Positions 62,701 through 64,000 of a stretch of 64,000 bases of DNA are shown here, one piece after another (the stretch's first letter is position 1; each line of letters begins with the position of its first letter). The stretch is from contig CAVPHD010000005.1 of NCBI GenBank assembly GCA_963704165.1, positions 64,001-128,000 of the forward strand, given 5' to 3'. The notes under the pieces were generated by a model. It had not been told where the DNA came from and ran no database searches. It saw nothing but the letters and a program-made list of their open reading frames with translations. The stretch is from an uncultured delta proteobacterium. Its GTDB lineage: Bacteria > Myxococcota_A > UBA9160 > SZUA-336. The position numbers and the translations under genes were made by a program.

Positions 62701-64000
62701 ATCCAGGACGCCGCGCTCGACAGCGCCGATCTGCCGGACATCGACGTGTTCGGGGGTAGCGTCGCAGGACTCGACTACCGGCTCGAATCGCGCGACGCCG
62801 CAATCACGCTCTCCGAGGGAACTTCGGCGAAGTTCGCCGGCAGCGCCCTCGATCTCCGAGGTCGGACGGGCGTGAACCTGGGCAGCGAAGAGCTCTCGCT
62901 CACGTCGCTCACGGCCGAGACGCCAGCGGGACTCGTCGTCACTCAGCGCATCGAGGCTACCGGTCCCGACGGAAAGATCCGGCTGCGTGCGGGATCGGAC
63001 GGAACAGGCAACCTCGACATCGGCGCGCGCCTCGCGGCGAACACGATCGAGCTGATCGCGGGTTCGGGAAACGGCACCGACGCCACATCGCGCATCGTGC
63101 TACAGGGCGGTGCTCGCTTCTCGGCCGCCAGCGGAGACGCGCGACCGGACGAATTCAGCTTCGAGCAGGATGCAGCGATCGGCACCTCGACCAGCTCGGG
63201 GAGCGGGACCGCGCTTCCGGATCTCGCGGTCTTCGGCGGCAGCATCGACGGGATGGCCTACGCGCTGCGGTCGAAGGGGGCGGGCGTGCGCATCGACGAC
63301 GCGTCGGCTGTGAACGGCGCGAGGCTCACCCTCGAAGCGGATACCGGGATCGACATCAATGCCGATCTCTCCGTCAGCGCGCTGGACCTCGCGAGCGACG
63401 CGACGCTCTCCGGCAACATCGCGAGCACCGGCGACGTGACTTCCCGGGGCCGGCTCACGCTCGATGGAGCCGGGGATCACGCGGACCAGAGCGTCTCGGC
63501 CGGTGTCGGCATTCTCAGCGCGTCGGGTGCGATCACCAAGTCCGGTGCGGGTGCGGTCTCGCTGAGCGGTCGCCAGGTCACGGTTGCGTCCGTCACGACG
63601 GGTCGAACCGGTGACTCGCTCACGATCAGCGCCGAAGAGAGCGTCACGGCGGGGATCCTCGACGCTTCGGGCACGACCGGGTCCGCCGGCGGCGACGTCA
63701 GCGTCCACGCGGGCTCCGGTGCGACTCCGGGGGCCGTCACGATCGCGAGCATCACCACTCGCGGCGGGAGCGGTCCGGTATCGACGACGGCACCCGAGGA
63801 TGGAGGCGACGGTGGCAACGTTGCCGTGATCGGCTCGGCCATCGCGATCGGCAGCGTGAACAGCAGCGGCGGCGCCGCGAGCGCGATCGCGACGCGCGAG
63901 AGCGATACCGATCCCGAGATCAGTCGGCAGGGCGGGGATGCGGGCACGATCGACTTGACCGCAGGCGAGATCACCCTGAATGGAAACCTCGACGCGCGTG
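59785..64000 (+). CDS. Large TpsA exoprotein (filamentous haemagglutinin family); partial, runs off the right edge
   Basis: Read manually (absent from the ORF track). ATG 59785, signal peptide, TPS domain 'VLNRI..TQIRGSLTGNGHIYIVNPAGVYF', then more than 1200 aa of G/A/T/S/D-rich beta-helix-like sequence with no stop seen. Confidence 0.9.
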   Translation, partial: MKNSSRFLGLFARDALISTLVAAIALGPAATPAFAGPQGERVRRGDVSFDHVEGSSSWVIHASDGSVIEYDSLDIAIGEAVQFMQTRNGELNADARVLNRILGSAPTQIRGSLTGNGHIYIVNPAGVYFHDGATVNANAIHAAGGHLSDTDFEAGVDHYTGVTGNIENATEILARAVSLVGAEVVNSGSVIAEDGWIVIAAGNDVIIGREDAASGGRGFLLRVEGASGSVFDAAATGVTNTGTLDASAGAGGTVRIGAGDLYGTAIFSSDAIRAREIALAAGNRGDVALAGEVSAEKLDVSFTGSTATGALRTAGAANETVTVRADELKLSATGNSSAQIRVGDEFAFRSKDDAALGPDSVALEQTATIASSALGALDIGTAAAGTPRSFALRSTAGDVVIDDKTVVAGSHLALAGALADIRGTDALDVASLAVTGATPLSGGDATSEGDLVASAGGISVTGNLQLVTKPTANNAPAIEMLVSAHDGTLDVDGNLSTSAGGPLRIEARNVDVGSTTEVGQAVGGAIRTSGDVTIGFTDSGGAQQTQTVKARTIDTRGASGVQGGNVGVAAIGDVAIGSVATNGGAARSASQPNFDGGSVSLRTDGKLAVGAITTGGAGTAGRAAIDLAGGTVVLTGALDATGGQVGNADHARDRAVSIEADEIRLGAGAVTVAGSDVDLGGAIRGIDVVPATDPPTTLRSDLAIRASGATRLHSTADVRSLSIASAGTSVVLGGDVTADTTVAIAFDTAGLGTISNAGAPVTVSANRVELAASNSSASNGRSAQVALGDGIDFELAPIAATEDTAEKVAALVLDQDGAIDSTTVSRLADAARPDTDPVPDLRLELRSNDAVTLDATARADVSGTDLLIDSRSFSATGATQAASDFELSSLDLSTQDALDVDFGVTAESVRLAGGSSGVGDLTLGSELRADTIALVAGDDTGGGGDDARVVIDPSASLRSLSSPSARPTRVDLIQDAALDSADLPDIDVFGGSVAGLDYRLESRDAAITLSEGTSAKFAGSALDLRGRTGVNLGSEELSLTSLTAETPAGLVVTQRIEATGPDGKIRLRAGSDGTGNLDIGARLAANTIELIAGSGNGTDATSRIVLQGGARFSAASGDARPDEFSFEQDAAIGTSTSSGSGTALPDLAVFGGSIDGMAYALRSKGAGVRIDDASAVNGARLTLEADTGIDINADLSVSALDLASDATLSGNIASTGDVTSRGRLTLDGAGDHADQSVSAGVGILSASGAITKSGAGAVSLSGRQVTVASVTTGRTGDSLTISAEESVTAGILDASGTTGSAGGDVSVHAGSGATPGAVTIASITTRGGSGPVSTTAPEDGGDGGNVAVIGSAIAIGSVNSSGGAASAIATRESDTDPEISRQGGDAGTIDLTAGEITLNGNLDAR

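Overview
This is a high-GC, gene-dense 64 kb segment from a diderm bacterium, most likely Myxococcota or a deltaproteobacterial relative. That assignment is inferred from lolA, lgt, a TpsB/TpsA pair, a myxobacterial-type PilZ protein and the recA-pilT-alaS order. Most genes are housekeeping or metabolic: class II ribonucleotide reductase, ETF-QO, moaC, radC, ssb, ftsK, lolA, mreB, mltG, ruvX, pgpA-cinA-thpR-recA-pilT-alaS. The standout is a complete, intact Pup-proteasome operon (arc/mpa-dop-pup-prcB-prcA-pafA, 38533-45024), a system typical of Actinobacteria and Nitrospirota. Here it is preceded by a near-consensus sigma54 (-24/-12) promoter and followed by a small membrane coiled-coil gene and an orphan mreB. 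Also notable are a non-canonical arginine succinyltransferase-like cluster (M20 deacylase-astA-astD-amidinotransferase), tandem NrdR boxes, an F420 reductase, a membrane-anchored MutS-like ATPase, and a two-partner secretion locus running off the right edge. Several genes carry single-base frameshifts that look like long-read assembly errors. I saw no rRNA, tRNA, CRISPR array or mobile element.
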